From: Escherichia virus TH15
Strand: one strand, 5' to 3'
DNA length: 64,000 nucleotides
Sequence record: MT446392.1
The notes beneath the pieces are model-generated. The model was not told the DNA's origin. It saw only the letters and a list, made by a program, of their open reading frames with translations, and made no database searches. The translations under genes were made by a program, and so were the position numbers. Shown here piece by piece: positions 1 through 11,096 of the stretch (position 1 is the first letter of the stretch; each line of letters starts with the position of its first letter).

Positions 1-1205
1 GATAGTGAATCGACAACGTTTTCAGGTTTAGTCGGGTCTTGACGTTCTTCTTGTACTTCACCTGTGATTAATGCAAACACTTCACCATCAATTGAATCCA
101 TCTTATAACAAACAGCTTTTGGGTTGCCGCTTATTGTGCTAAAACCAGCTTCAAACAATTTTTCACCAAACGTTGGAGAGTTAGGGTCATTATCAATCGG
201 AGCATCAGAAGATTTAGCTTTGTACACGCGGTCACGGCCAGAAACGTAAATCATGGAATCAGTCGTAGTAATTGCTTCAGCAATTGTTGAGATATAAGCA
301 GGGAGTCTTGCATACGTGCCAAATATTTCAATATCGAATCCGAGATTGATATCCGAACCAATTTTTGCAAATGTTATATCCTGAGAACTGAATCGAACAT
401 CATCAGCAGACCATCTTACGTCACTTGATTTACGACCGTAAAAAATTCGGTCATACCCGAGCACATAAGTTGTCGTATCTGATTGATAATAAATTGTGCG
501 CGATACGGGGTTGCCGATACGGTCATTAAACAATTTCACATAATACCAGTTCTGTCCTTTATCATTGGAGACTTTGACAGTTGTCTGGAATCGTTCAAAC
601 AAATACAACACGCCACCAAGTTCAGCAATCATCGTACGATTAACATCGTTACACACTGGCTGAATGCTACCCTGAATTTCGTGATATTGGTCTTCCTTTA
701 ATACATAGTTTGAAATTGAAGACAAATGAGAATATGCAGGAGTAAAGCTAAAATCTTCGGACATCAACGATGCCGTAATCGCATCATTATTAAAGTTAAT
801 ATAAGCCTGGTTGTTGTTTGCGAATTTTTCTTCAATGAATTTATTTGTTAATGTAAACTCACGCATGTGTTCAAATGTGTATGCGTTAGTTGCAAAGGTT
901 TCAAATTCTTCGGTATAAACCCAATCAGATTGCTCAAAACCCATTGCTGCAACGGCAACACGCATTTTGTAAAATGATACTGGACGAATAAAATCTTGTT
1001 CGAACCATTCATTGTCTGGAGTATAACCTAAATTCCTCCATAACAGATTTTCTTCTGGAATAGCAACACCATTTTCTTTTGTCGGAGCAATCTCAACAAA
1101 ATAATAAAAGTTGGCGCCAACATTATCCCATTTTATGCTAACCTGGTTAGCAGATAGTTTATCAATCCGTAAGCTGGTTACATAAGGGGCTTTAACACTC
1201 ATCAT
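1..1205 (-). CDS. 7: baseplate wedge protein gp7, N-terminal part (gene runs past window start)
   Basis: Minus-strand ORF from ATG at 1205 (SD aagga upstream) open to the window edge, hand-translated; N-terminus MMSVKAPYVTSLRIDKLSANQV resembles T4 gp7; lies downstream of gene 6 as in T4. Confidence 0.6.
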   Translation of the reverse strand, partial: MMSVKAPYVTSLRIDKLSANQVSIKWDNVGANFYYFVEIAPTKENGVAIPEENLLWRNLGYTPDNEWFEQDFIRPVSFYKMRVAVAAMGFEQSDWVYTEEFETFATNAYTFEHMREFTLTNKFIEEKFANNNQAYINFNNDAITASLMSEDFSFTPAYSHLSSISNYVLKEDQYHEIQGSIQPVCNDVNRTMIAELGGVLYLFERFQTTVKVSNDKGQNWYYVKLFNDRIGNPVSRTIYYQSDTTTYVLGYDRIFYGRKSSDVRWSADDVRFSSQDITFAKIGSDINLGFDIEIFGTYARLPAYISTIAEAITTTDSMIYVSGRDRVYKAKSSDAPIDNDPNSPTFGEKLFEAGFSTISGNPKAVCYKMDSIDGEVFALITGEVQEERQDPTKPENVVDSL

Positions 1206-1233
1206 GGTTTCCTTAAAAAGCCTCCGAAGAGGC

Positions 1234-3180
1234 TTATAGTGTAATTGGTTCGAGGTCAATCTTTGTATATTGGGGACGAAGGTCATTCTCAAATACAATC
1301 AGCGAACCATCTTGCGTGTATATATTATCTTGGTTAGGACTTGCATAAAGTTCGATTGATTGAACCTCAAAGCGGTCGGAGGTCAATCCAATCGCAGCGA
1401 TATCCCAAAAAATATAATCAGAATAATAGTCAATTTCGCCGATTGCGTAATAAACTGTTTGGTCAGCCGGAGCTTCCATTTTATTAAAGTCATCTTGTAG
1501 ATAAGGCTGGATGTTTACGTTTTCGATAACATCGCCTTGACGGAATGGACCAATTACCATTTTACCATCACCACGAGAATCTTTATCGGTTGCAACAATG
1601 CGAACGTTATAGGCTTCACCTGTGGTCGGAACAAATTCAAATTCACTTGATTCGACAGAACGGTTGCCATACTGGTTATAGTATTTAATGCCGGATTCTG
1701 GTGTCTTAAAGAAGTTCAGGACTTCACGCACCATCGAAATAGTTGCAGACGAACCAAGAATACTATGATCAGTATTATCAACATATGTGAGCATTTTTGA
1801 CTTAGCAAAACTTCTGTTAAAGATTTCGACTTCATCGATATAATAACGGTCAATTTGATTAATGATTTGCGCTTGCAACCATTGTTCAGATTCTTGTAAT
1901 TTGTTCAGCGCATAAGATACTTTGATATTATGTCTAAGGAACAAATAATCTGGAGAAATAACCGATGGTGTAATTGTTGATACGTTGAAATCCGCCAGGT
2001 AGTTCTGTATGTCCTCACGCTGCACTGCAGTGAGATATAGGCCCGATTTAGGCTTAACTGATATAAACGCATACCCAGGTTTATTGGCGTCCGTAAACGT
2101 CTGTACGGCTTGCACGATTGAGCCGAATCTTTCAGATACGAAGGTATCATAATCCGTTCCGGTGACAGCACGCATCTGCGCTTCACGTTTAACAACAGCC
2201 AGTTCACGGATTCGTTCGATATCTTCCTGGTCCCCGCCACCATCGGCACCGACATAATCAGGGTCGTCATTGTAGTTTTCGGTAATCTTATCCACTGTGA
2301 TATAAGACAACGTATCAGCATAACTGAAATCTACTGCACCGTTAGCATCCGCTCCTGATGTACGAAGATACTCAATAACAATTGTCGAATCTTGTACAGG
2401 TTTAAGACCGCCAATATAGTTGGCTTCCATAACGCCGCCGGCTACAGATTTAGTAGATTCACCTTCACCGAAGAAAAATTCCGTATAACCATCGATTGTT
2501 TCACGCATATAAAATATGGTGGAAGTCGAACCAGCGTGAACCATTGATTTGTTCGTCCAGTCAACCCACTCAACGCCGTTCACGTATAACTTAACTTCTT
2601 TGCGGTCGATATCCGGGTCACGAATAAGAATAGGTTGTTTCGGGTCATATAAAAGTTCTGTACGAATAATACGACCTTGTGCCAGAGATACAATCGGAAG
2701 GTATTGGTTGTTAATATCTTTAACTGCGATAACATTTTCAGTGGTAACAAAAACATAAGGGTCAGCTGATGTATCCCGAGCATAAGCCAGGAACTTAGTT
2801 CCACGAGGTATTTCAATATTCGATGGTTGCAGAGCATGGGAACACGTCAACATAACAGAAGTCTTTGCAGCTGAGCGAGAAGATGGAAGATAGCCATTAT
2901 CCTGTGCCGCCTGAACAACCGAAGACCTTAAGTTTGCAGTTCCGATGAATGTTTCATAAACCGCTGTATTAGCAAACTGCTGCATATACAATGTATTATA
3001 TGCAAGCATATCAATCAGGATGTTCATTCGCGAACCTACGAAATCATAATCCTTAAATTCATCCTGGCTTGATAACCAGTCGATGATGTTCTTTTTAATT
3101 TCTTCAAACGTAGCTCCCACAAATACTTTTGGGATAGCGTTAACGGTTCTTGTTAATTGGTAATTCGTAGGAGTAGCCAT
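1234..3180 (-). CDS. 6: baseplate wedge protein gp6
   Basis: 648-aa ORF (T4 gp6 about 660 aa); position between 5.4 and 7 in the conserved baseplate operon. Confidence 0.75.
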   Translation of the reverse strand: MATPTNYQLTRTVNAIPKVFVGATFEEIKKNIIDWLSSQDEFKDYDFVGSRMNILIDMLAYNTLYMQQFANTAVYETFIGTANLRSSVVQAAQDNGYLPSSRSAAKTSVMLTCSHALQPSNIEIPRGTKFLAYARDTSADPYVFVTTENVIAVKDINNQYLPIVSLAQGRIIRTELLYDPKQPILIRDPDIDRKEVKLYVNGVEWVDWTNKSMVHAGSTSTIFYMRETIDGYTEFFFGEGESTKSVAGGVMEANYIGGLKPVQDSTIVIEYLRTSGADANGAVDFSYADTLSYITVDKITENYNDDPDYVGADGGGDQEDIERIRELAVVKREAQMRAVTGTDYDTFVSERFGSIVQAVQTFTDANKPGYAFISVKPKSGLYLTAVQREDIQNYLADFNVSTITPSVISPDYLFLRHNIKVSYALNKLQESEQWLQAQIINQIDRYYIDEVEIFNRSFAKSKMLTYVDNTDHSILGSSATISMVREVLNFFKTPESGIKYYNQYGNRSVESSEFEFVPTTGEAYNVRIVATDKDSRGDGKMVIGPFRQGDVIENVNIQPYLQDDFNKMEAPADQTVYYAIGEIDYYSDYIFWDIAAIGLTSDRFEVQSIELYASPNQDNIYTQDGSLIVFENDLRPQYTKIDLEPITL

Positions 3181-3188
3181 TTTATTTC

Positions 3189-3482
3189 CTATTTTATAAA
3201 GACTTTTGATGAGGCTTGAGCCACAGTATCACCACATGAAATCGGGTCTGCCATCTGGACGGCCTTTTTGCCTGTAACATACACCTTTGATGTTCTAGGT
3301 TGGGTTACTCCACCATGGGTTTCATATGGTTTTTTAATTTCTGTATGTTCGGTAATAGGGTCCCCGGCAACTAACACAGGAATTCCCCCTGTGAATACTT
3401 TACCTTGGGTTGCATTGATTACAGTCGGCGGCCATGCTTCGTGACCTGCTGTAACACATTGATTAAAACTTAATCCAGCCAT
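3189..3482 (-). CDS. 5.4: PAAR-repeat baseplate spike-tip protein gp5.4
   Basis: 97-aa ORF immediately upstream of gene 6, same size and position as T4 gp5.4. Confidence 0.6.
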   Translation of the reverse strand: MAGLSFNQCVTAGHEAWPPTVINATQGKVFTGGIPVLVAGDPITEHTEIKKPYETHGGVTQPRTSKVYVTGKKAVQMADPISCGDTVAQASSKVFIK

Positions 3483-4004
3483 TTAATCCCTCGCGTATAC
3501 GTATGAACGCAATTTATCTGCACATCGGCTCCAGTTACCGACGATAGTTTTTGTGTAAACTTTTGTCATTGTCTTTCTTACTGGGGCCGGAGGTGGGTCT
3601 GTCTCGTTGCCTGCCCGACTATTACTACCACCAGAGTTCCCTGTGTCTCCTCCAGAGCTCTCTTCTTGAAAGTCATAGGTTAGGGTTACTGTGTATGAAA
3701 AGACCTTCTGGAGGCTCGCTGGGGCCCTCCAGAGATACAATTGAGTGCTCTTATCCACAGGAAGTTCTTCCCATGAAGCAGCAGTTTTGAATTCATCATC
3801 AAGCCGATATTTAAGTGCATCATCTGCAAATCCGAACACGGATTCATAAACACCATAAAGATGATTGCCCTCAACATTAACGCCAGGGGTGGCCTCATAT
3901 TCAGTTATATTTATTTCGACTAATGTTTCGTTTGTTTCTAATTGAGCTGTAAACGTAACATCGATTGAGGCTCCTTCCATGGAGTCTCCTAGGTCAGTGC
4001 TCAT
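3483..4004 (-). CDS. 5.1: hypothetical protein, gp5.1-like by position
   Basis: ORF 3483..4064; start placed at internal Met 21 (4004) because the longer start overlaps gene 5; Ser/Gly/Pro-rich C-terminus. Confidence 0.4.
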   Translation of the reverse strand: MSTDLGDSMEGASIDVTFTAQLETNETLVEINITEYEATPGVNVEGNHLYGVYESVFGFADDALKYRLDDEFKTAASWEELPVDKSTQLYLWRAPASLQKVFSYTVTLTYDFQEESSGGDTGNSGGSNSRAGNETDPPPAPVRKTMTKVYTKTIVGNWSRCADKLRSYVYARD

Positions 4005-4014
4005 TGGGGTTATA

Positions 4015-5757
4015 TTAGCCAATGTCAATCCTCGAACCATCAATAGTATATTGTCCAGATGCAATAGAACTCATTGAAGCCATAGTCTCGGACCAAGCAC
4101 CTGCACAAGTCCAAGATACAGTACCATTTACAGTCCAGTTTAAATTACCATTAGTCGTGCGAGTTTCATTACCTTCTACTAAGGTAGTCGCATCACCCTT
4201 AACAGTAACATCAGCATTTCCTTCAACAATAACAGTAACGTTGCCTTTAACTCTGAGTGTTCCATTACCTTCTACAGTTTTCTCTTCGTTACCACGAATA
4301 TGGATGGTTTCGTTTCCATCGGTCTGACGACGAACGTTAGCCATATTGTAATAGGTTTCATCACCGCCAACGTTGACTTTATTATTACCACCGACATAAG
4401 TACTCGAATCGCCCTGGGTCATATAATAACCATCGGCTACCGTCTTCGAAGTCTTACGACCATCTGGTGCAACTTCCTCGTAGGAGCCAGTCGGGTGAAT
4501 CAGTCGATAACGTTCTTGCCCTGGAGTGTTATCGAATTCCTGAATATGTCCGCCTTCGGTTTGCATTGTCTGCACATAAGGATATTCGCCCTTGTAACTT
4601 GATTCTGGCTCTTTAAATAGAATCCTCGTATCTTCTGGAGTCCACGGGTCGGCCGGGTCAGAATTTGTAGGGGCCGCAAAGGTTTGAATCATCCTATATG
4701 AACGCCCTTTAAATTCCATTTCTTTAGGGGCCATTATACCATATGATTCCATATTACCGGTAAGGATAATCATTGATACCCTTGATGCACGCCCTTTAGT
4801 TTGGTTAAACCATACTGAATTACGAGCTTCCTCAAATGCCTTTTTATAATCGCCTATTAACATTGCACTAAGCATTCCACGGAATTTAGCAAGTCCACCT
4901 AATCCCATTTGGAAAGCCATGTTTTCAAGAGCCATTTGTCTCGAACGGTTTTCTTTATTGTAAACCGGACCTACAACACTATGCCTACCTATATCACTTT
5001 GTACTTTCTTAAGGTCTTCCTGGAATAATTTGGAAGCCTCGTCCATTGATATTGCGCCAGGGTTACCTTTAACTTCACGGCCTATTTGATTAGATAATAT
5101 TTTGTTTATCTGATTCATATCTCTAATAGGTTGTGGTGTAATAAGGTGGCCAATCCCGACAGTCGGATAACCTTCGGTGTCCCAATATACTTTCAGACGA
5201 AGCCCCTCATCACGGTGAAGCATATTTTCAATTGTGAAATTAGGGTTATCGTCTGGCTTAACCTGACTTAAATCAAGACCATCAGGGTTAATACCCAAAT
5301 CAAGGTTTGAATCCTGGATTACGTTTGAAGTGGCATCATAACCAACTTCACCCCCTCGGTTAAGCGCTGCAGCATCATTACCGACATAAAGTGGGTATTG
5401 TCCTGTGGGGTCAGAGAAACCTTCGTTAGGATTTGCTTTTTGCCTTGAGGCTGAACCGTATGTACCAATGACAAGACCGTTGAGCTTCCACTTGTCTAAA
5501 AAGTGACCATACACCTGAGTCCCTGGTACCATACCAGTCATGGCAGTTTGAATTCCAGAAACCGACGCAGATGATGTTGGCATCAGCACAGACATCCATG
5601 GTAGGTCTTCAGTTCTGATACCTTTTACAGGCCCTTGTGATTTCTCATATGGATGCATACCCCATACACGAACACGGACTCTACCTTGCTGAAGCGGGTC
5701 CATTCGGTCTTCAACCACACCGACGAACCAGCTTACACTATCTGACATATTAATCAT
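4015..5757 (-). CDS. 5: baseplate hub / tail lysozyme gp5
   Basis: 580 aa; central lysozyme-like segment (GYPTVGIGHLI, cf. T4 lysozyme [10 protein letters not shown]) and C-terminal VxGxxTxxVEGN beta-helix repeats. Confidence 0.85.
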   Translation of the reverse strand: MINMSDSVSWFVGVVEDRMDPLQQGRVRVRVWGMHPYEKSQGPVKGIRTEDLPWMSVLMPTSSASVSGIQTAMTGMVPGTQVYGHFLDKWKLNGLVIGTYGSASRQKANPNEGFSDPTGQYPLYVGNDAAALNRGGEVGYDATSNVIQDSNLDLGINPDGLDLSQVKPDDNPNFTIENMLHRDEGLRLKVYWDTEGYPTVGIGHLITPQPIRDMNQINKILSNQIGREVKGNPGAISMDEASKLFQEDLKKVQSDIGRHSVVGPVYNKENRSRQMALENMAFQMGLGGLAKFRGMLSAMLIGDYKKAFEEARNSVWFNQTKGRASRVSMIILTGNMESYGIMAPKEMEFKGRSYRMIQTFAAPTNSDPADPWTPEDTRILFKEPESSYKGEYPYVQTMQTEGGHIQEFDNTPGQERYRLIHPTGSYEEVAPDGRKTSKTVADGYYMTQGDSSTYVGGNNKVNVGGDETYYNMANVRRQTDGNETIHIRGNEEKTVEGNGTLRVKGNVTVIVEGNADVTVKGDATTLVEGNETRTTNGNLNWTVNGTVSWTCAGAWSETMASMSSIASGQYTIDGSRIDIG

Positions 5758-6386
5758 AGCGACTTCTCCATCTCACGAATAAGCGCCGAAATAAAAGATT
5801 CGATATCGTTAGGGTCGATTATCTTTATTTCTCGTTTGTATTCATTTTTGCGAATAGCATCTTCATAGATATCCACTGCGGCTAATGGACCTTCGTATTG
5901 TGGGTATAATTTGTTTTTATCGCCTTTATCGTACCAGGTGTATGGATTATCAGGATAAGAAACAAGGTTCCAGAATTTTTCACCATCTTCATTTACATGA
6001 TAAAGAACCTGATTGCCCCCGACATTCGAATATTTCTGAATTGATGCTTGATAAGATGCTTCTTGGGTACAAAGCCAACCATAATACGGGTCATAGATAT
6101 CATTGAGCATAAGGAGAACCCAATAGAGCTGAGTGTTGCCGTATAGCTGATATGCTAATTCTTCCGGGCGCGGAGCTCCGGCAATGTAATAGGTTTTTGG
6201 TGTATAATTGGCCGCGACTCTATCAAAGTAAGCACGATAATTTCTGAAGATGTCTGTCATTGGAATGCTTAAGACGTCTTCTTTCGTTAATGATGCCGAG
6301 TTTTTTCTGATTGTTTTAGCATCATAATCAATTGGGTTAAAAAATGAAAAAAGCATAAAGCCTCCATTTATAAATAAGTATATCAA
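5754..6386 (-). CDS. 53: baseplate wedge protein gp53
   Basis: 210-aa ORF upstream of gene 5 and divergent from gene 4, as in T4; true start may be the internal Met at 6356. Confidence 0.55.
   Translation of the reverse strand: MIYLFINGGFMLFSFFNPIDYDAKTIRKNSASLTKEDVLSIPMTDIFRNYRAYFDRVAANYTPKTYYIAGAPRPEELAYQLYGNTQLYWVLLMLNDIYDPYYGWLCTQEASYQASIQKYSNVGGNQVLYHVNEDGEKFWNLVSYPDNPYTWYDKGDKNKLYPQYEGPLAAVDIYEDAIRKNEYKREIKIIDPNDIESFISALIREMEKSL
6369..6376 (+). promoter_or_regulatory. putative late promoter TATAAATA upstream of gene 4
   Basis: Exact TATAAATA about 29 nt upstream of the gene 4 ATG, in the divergent 53/4 intergenic region. Confidence 0.4.
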
Positions 6387-6404
6387 TATTTATTAGGAGG
6401 CTAT

Positions 6405-6854
6405 ATGGCGTACTCCGGGAAATTTAAGCCCACTAATATAGAAAAATATAAGGGCGACTGGAAGAAAATACAATACAGGTCAAGTTGGGAGGCTTGGTTG
6501 ATGAGATGGCTTGACAACCATCCGAACGTTGTTCAATGGGGTTCTGAGACTGTTATCATCCCTTACTTTAGCAATGCTGATGGTAAAAAGCGCAGGTATT
6601 ATATGGATTTCTGGGTTAAGTTTGATACAGGACAACAGTTCTTTTTCGAAGTTAAGCCATTAAAAGAAACAAGGCCTCCAGCCAAACCGGTTAATAATAC
6701 CGCCGCGAGTAAAAAGAGATTTATTAACGAGATGTACACCTGGAGCGTTAACTCTGACAAATGGAAAGCTGCACAAGCTACCGCGGATAAGATGGGTATA
6801 ACGTTCAGGATAATCACTGAAAACTCACTGAAAAAATTAGGATGGAAAGGATGA
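6405..6854 (+). CDS. 4: head completion protein gp4
   Basis: 149 aa (T4 gp4 150 aa); conserved position and divergent orientation relative to gene 53. Confidence 0.7.
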   Translation: MAYSGKFKPTNIEKYKGDWKKIQYRSSWEAWLMRWLDNHPNVVQWGSETVIIPYFSNADGKKRRYYMDFWVKFDTGQQFFFEVKPLKETRPPAKPVNNTAASKKRFINEMYTWSVNSDKWKAAQATADKMGITFRIITENSLKKLGWKG

Positions 6855-7675
6855 GTATTTTTACATTTATCAATGAATCTGCAGATAAACCGGGTCCGAA
6901 ACCCAGTAAATCCGAACAACAATGGGTTGAGATAGGGGTTGAATTTTATACAGCAAAAGAAAAGGGAATGACCTCGAAGAAGTTTGCTGAAGAGAAGGGA
7001 ATCAACTATTCAACCTTTACCAAAAGCATGTCAAGATATCATTCGAGAATTCAGACTGCTTATAAAGTATCCAAACTCAAAAAGAAACCTGCTGGTAAAC
7101 TTACAAAGGCTGAACGCCAGCTGATAATGGTGAATAGCTTTAGGAAGAGCATAAGAGATAAAATTGCTAACGAAGGTGCTGCAAGCAACACCAAATCTGC
7201 CAGATGGTTCGCTGAGACAATTAAGAAAGCTGTCAGAGGGCACGTAACGGCTAAACCTCAACCAGGTAAGATTTATGCTTATATCTATGATGCAAAGCAT
7301 AAGGATACTCTTCCGTACTGGGACAAATATCCATTAATCATTTATCTTGGGTTAGGTAAGCACAATTTGATGTATGGTTTGAACTTGCACTATATTCCAC
7401 CGAAGGCACGTCAAGAGTTCCTTGAGGAACTTCTTAAGCAATATGCTAATACTCCTACGATTACGAACAAGACTCATCTGAAGATTGATTGGTCAAAGGT
7501 GAAGGGATTTAAAGGGGCTGACCAGATGATTAAAGCATATATACCTGGTAATATAAAAGGCACTATCACTGAAATCAAGCCCAGCGACTGGGCAAATGTG
7601 GTATTACTCCCCCTCCAACAATTTATGTCGAAAGGCAAAAGATTCTCTTCACAAAAAGTATGGAGAAATTCATAA
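6842..7675 (+). CDS. 2: DNA end protector protein gp2
   Basis: 277 aa (T4 gp2 274 aa); position between genes 4 and 3. Confidence 0.7.
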   Translation: MERMSIFTFINESADKPGPKPSKSEQQWVEIGVEFYTAKEKGMTSKKFAEEKGINYSTFTKSMSRYHSRIQTAYKVSKLKKKPAGKLTKAERQLIMVNSFRKSIRDKIANEGAASNTKSARWFAETIKKAVRGHVTAKPQPGKIYAYIYDAKHKDTLPYWDKYPLIIYLGLGKHNLMYGLNLHYIPPKARQEFLEELLKQYANTPTITNKTHLKIDWSKVKGFKGADQMIKAYIPGNIKGTITEIKPSDWANVVLLPLQQFMSKGKRFSSQKVWRNS

Positions 7676-7760
7676 TCTATTATCGGTCAGTGTTATTGGT
7701 AAGGACAAAAGGTCTAGAACCATTATAACACTGATTGGTTTAAAGCAAACAAGGTGCACT

Positions 7761-8360
7761 ATGTCAGGTTTATATAATCAAACTAACACGACTAACTTTA
7801 TATTAGAGGTAAGCGATTCAAACCTCACACAGACTTTTAAACTCAACGTTCAAGACGTTACCCTCCCAGGAGTTCACATCCCTGTTACAGATGTCCCGGG
7901 TGGAACACAAGGCATAAATCGCTCCAGTCTTCCTGGTAGTACAATAGAATTCGACCCGCTGATTGTTAACTTTCTGTGTGACAAAGACCTAAGGGCATGG
8001 CTTGATATCTATAAATGGATGCTCTCGCTTAACAACTACATCACACACGAATCAAAGGCATGGCATCCAAAGGGTCGTCCCGAAGCGGTCACGCTTCATA
8101 TCTTAGATAACAACAAGGACAAAATTGTCATGTCAATCCATTACTATGGAGCATGGCCGTCCGACCTGTCAGAGATTCAGTATTCATATAAAGAAGATTC
8201 TGACCCTGCTATCAACGCAACAGCAACTTTTAACTTTAAGTCTTTTGCTGTGGAAATTGATGGTATAATAATAGAAGGTAGACCACAGATTGATAGTAAT
8301 GCAGCAATGCAACAGGAAATCAGGTCTAAGTCAATGCATCCATCTATGAGAAACGTATGA
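7761..8360 (+). CDS. 3: tail completion / sheath stabiliser protein gp3
   Basis: ORF 7596..8360; start placed at Met 56 (MSGLYNQ..., 7761) after the end of gene 2; position as in T4. Confidence 0.6.
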   Translation: MSGLYNQTNTTNFILEVSDSNLTQTFKLNVQDVTLPGVHIPVTDVPGGTQGINRSSLPGSTIEFDPLIVNFLCDKDLRAWLDIYKWMLSLNNYITHESKAWHPKGRPEAVTLHILDNNKDKIVMSIHYYGAWPSDLSEIQYSYKEDSDPAINATATFNFKSFAVEIDGIIIEGRPQIDSNAAMQQEIRSKSMHPSMRNV

Positions 8361-9033
8361 AATTAATTGCGATTGTGGGTAAAAAACGCAGTGGTAAAGA
8401 TACGACTGCTGATTATGTTATTAGTCAAAACGGAACAAAGTGGCAACTTGCTGGTCCAATTAAAGAAGCGCTTTATAAAGCGTGGGTTCGTCAAGACCTG
8501 CCACACAATTTGACCCTGGAAAATTTTGATGGACAAGGTTATGACCGTGAAAAAACATTGATAATGAACAACACCGAAGCTCATATTCTTCTGGTTGATG
8601 CTCTTGAATGGTTAAAACAACAATATAATCTTGACCTTCCGAATCCAGATATGGTTCGTAAAATCATTGAATTTCACACACTAAATAATGTTGAGCCCTG
8701 GACAGTTAGACGTTTCATGCAGACCCTTGGAACTGACATCGTTTGTACAGAGTTCGACAGCATGTTTTGGATTAAAACTTTTGCATGCGATTATCTTGAC
8801 AACCTCTATTCTGGATATAAATATTACGTTGTCCCAGATGTTCGCCAAAAGAACGAACTTGATTCGCTTCGGGCGATGGGTGCTACAATAATCTTTGTAG
8901 AGCGCGATGAAGCAAATCATTCTACTGATACACACATTACGGAAGCTGGACTTCCACCACTAGCTAGTGACATTGTTATTAAAAACGATGGCACACTCGA
9001 AGAACTTTTTGATAAAATTAATAAGGTAATATA

Positions 9034-9034
<1 letters not shown>
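8357..9034 (+). CDS. 1: deoxynucleoside monophosphate kinase gp1
   Basis: 225 aa; N-terminal P-loop GKKRSGKDT; position between genes 3 and 57A as in T4. Confidence 0.8.
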
Positions 9035-9724
<690 letters not shown>

Positions 9725-9725
<1 letters not shown>

Positions 9726-9764
9726 TGTACAAATGAGTGTAGGTGCAGTATTATGTTCCTACAC
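9725..9764 (+). promoter_or_regulatory. early promoter cassette: -35 GTGTAC, -10 TATTAT bracketed by inverted repeat GTGTAGG/CCTACAC
   Basis: GTGTAC, 18-nt spacer, TATTAT; 7-bp inverted repeat flanks the -10; the ATG at 9753 lies inside the -10. Confidence 0.55.
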
Positions 9765-9785
9765 CAACGAACAAACGGAGTTAAA

Positions 9786-10118
9786 ATGAACATCAAGACT
9801 TATAACGAGTTTTTAGTCGAATCCGCCATCAATGAGACCAAATCAATTGATGATAGTGAAGGCTCTCTGAAATTTGGTTTATCCAAAAATGCAGATGGTG
9901 TTTTCTTTCAGATTGGTAATGAACGTTTTCAAACGTCCAAATATTCCAAAGCTGCAGTTGAAGCTGTCCTGAAATCTGGTGGCAAGTGGAAAGGCAAAGA
10001 AGGTACTAAAGAAATTGGTATCGCTGTTGACGGCGGTATGGCTTATTTCAAAATTGGTGATGAACAATTCATTATGTCTGCTCGCGGACGTAAAGAACTT
10101 GCAAAACTTTATAAATAA
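9786..10118 (+). CDS. internal-protein-like protein with capsid targeting sequence (MNIKTYNEFLVE)
   Basis: Start placed at Met 12 of ORF 9753..10118 (SD acggag); N-terminus matches the T4 IP capsid-targeting motif M-K-T-Y/F-x-E-F-x-x-E. Confidence 0.6.
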   Translation: MNIKTYNEFLVESAINETKSIDDSEGSLKFGLSKNADGVFFQIGNERFQTSKYSKAAVEAVLKSGGKWKGKEGTKEIGIAVDGGMAYFKIGDEQFIMSARGRKELAKLYK

Positions 10119-10126
10119 GGTTTCTT

Positions 10127-10399
10127 ATGAAAACTTTCAATGAATTTTTCAACGAGTCCCAACTGAATGAAGAAGTAAAAATTAGTAAATCAGTCAAAGC
10201 TATGATTGACAATATCAATCACCTGTATAGCATTGACTTAACTGACCATATAACAATTGGCAACAAACGCAACTTTTTCGCGTTTGACATTTCAGAACTT
10301 GACCAGAACCAAATTAATAACATTGAGCGTTTTGCCAATGATAAGGGTCTCCGCCACGAGACAGCTGGTTATAAAAAATATGCAATTTATCTAAAATAG
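10127..10399 (+). CDS. internal-protein-like protein with capsid targeting sequence (MKTFNEFFNE)
   Basis: 90 aa; CTS-type N-terminus. Confidence 0.6.
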   Translation: MKTFNEFFNESQLNEEVKISKSVKAMIDNINHLYSIDLTDHITIGNKRNFFAFDISELDQNQINNIERFANDKGLRHETAGYKKYAIYLK

Positions 10400-10407
10400 G
10401 ATTTCAA

Positions 10408-10707
10408 ATGCAAACTTTTCATGAATTTTTGGTAGAAAACAATTACCTGGCGGAAGCAAAAACCTGGCCTCTGGGCCTTCAGAAGAAAAACACCTACAAA
10501 TGGGTTGACTTCAAAGGCAAAGGCGACGCTGAAGACTTTGACCAGCTGCGTAAAAATGGTTATACCTTCCTTGACTCTAACTATAATAAAATTACCTCAT
10601 TTGGTCAGAAATCCAGCATCGCATATATTGAAACTGGTAAAAACACCCCTAAGAACATCACTGACGACTTCGCAGCTTATGGCGTGATTCGCGGTTCAAA
10701 AATGTAA
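10408..10707 (+). CDS. internal-protein-like protein with capsid targeting sequence (MQTFHEFLVE)
   Basis: 99 aa; CTS-type N-terminus. Confidence 0.6.
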   Translation: MQTFHEFLVENNYLAEAKTWPLGLQKKNTYKWVDFKGKGDAEDFDQLRKNGYTFLDSNYNKITSFGQKSSIAYIETGKNTPKNITDDFAAYGVIRGSKM

Positions 10708-10742
10708 TGTACATGATGGGATAACTGCAGTATAATTATCCC
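10707..10742 (+). promoter_or_regulatory. early promoter cassette: -35 ATGTAC, -10 TATAAT inside palindrome GGGATA...TATCCC
   Basis: -35-like hexamer, 18-nt spacer, TATAAT; GGGATA(n6)TATAAT-TATCCC palindrome; leader ATCAACTACTGGAG. Confidence 0.6.
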
Positions 10743-10762
10743 ATCAACTACTGGAGCTACTA

Positions 10763-11041
10763 ATGAAAACTTATCAAGAATTTATTAACGAATCAATTAG
10801 TCACCCGGATATGCTGGAAGACCTGAAAGGACATCTGATGGTTAAGGCCAAACCGGTTGATGGTGGCGCATTTGAGTTGTTTCTTGTTAAAGGCGAAAAC
10901 GGTCCTGATAACAAGAAAGTTTCAGCAATGATGTTGACTAAAGGTTACAAAGTCAGTTCTTCCTGGAATGCTCCATTCACTTACGCGGTAAGCCCTCGTG
11001 AACTGAAAAAAGTTAAAGCTGGACAATATACAAAAATTTAG
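10763..11041 (+). CDS. internal-protein-like protein with capsid targeting sequence (MKTYQEFINE)
   Basis: 92 aa; N-terminus matches the T4 IPI/IPII/IPIII targeting peptide. Confidence 0.65.
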   Translation: MKTYQEFINESISHPDMLEDLKGHLMVKAKPVDGGAFELFLVKGENGPDNKKVSAMMLTKGYKVSSSWNAPFTYAVSPRELKKVKAGQYTKI

Positions 11042-11076
11042 TGTACGTGATGGGATAGTTGCAGTATAATTATCCC
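11041..11076 (+). promoter_or_regulatory. early promoter cassette: -35 GTGTAC, -10 TATAAT inside palindrome GGGATA...TATCCC
   Basis: Near-identical copy (about 85 bp) of the cassette at 10707 including the first codons of the downstream gene. Confidence 0.6.
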
Positions 11077-11096
11077 ATCAACTACTGGAGCTACTA

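Noticed and set aside
483-701. 72-aa plus-strand ORF in the track
   Set aside because: Lies antisense within the minus-strand gene 7 coding region and has no SD; shadow ORF.
6377-6404. Late promoter for the minus-strand gene 53 in the divergent 53/4 intergenic region
   Set aside because: Only an imperfect TAATAAATA is present on the minus strand; not called as a feature.
9753-9785. Upstream ATG extending the first internal-protein ORF (MFLHQRTNGVK...)
   Set aside because: This ATG lies inside the -10 element of the promoter cassette and lacks an SD; the downstream ATG at 9786 has an SD and gives the canonical capsid-targeting N-terminus. The same reasoning was used for 23434 (start moved to 23473) and 14335 (moved to 14386).
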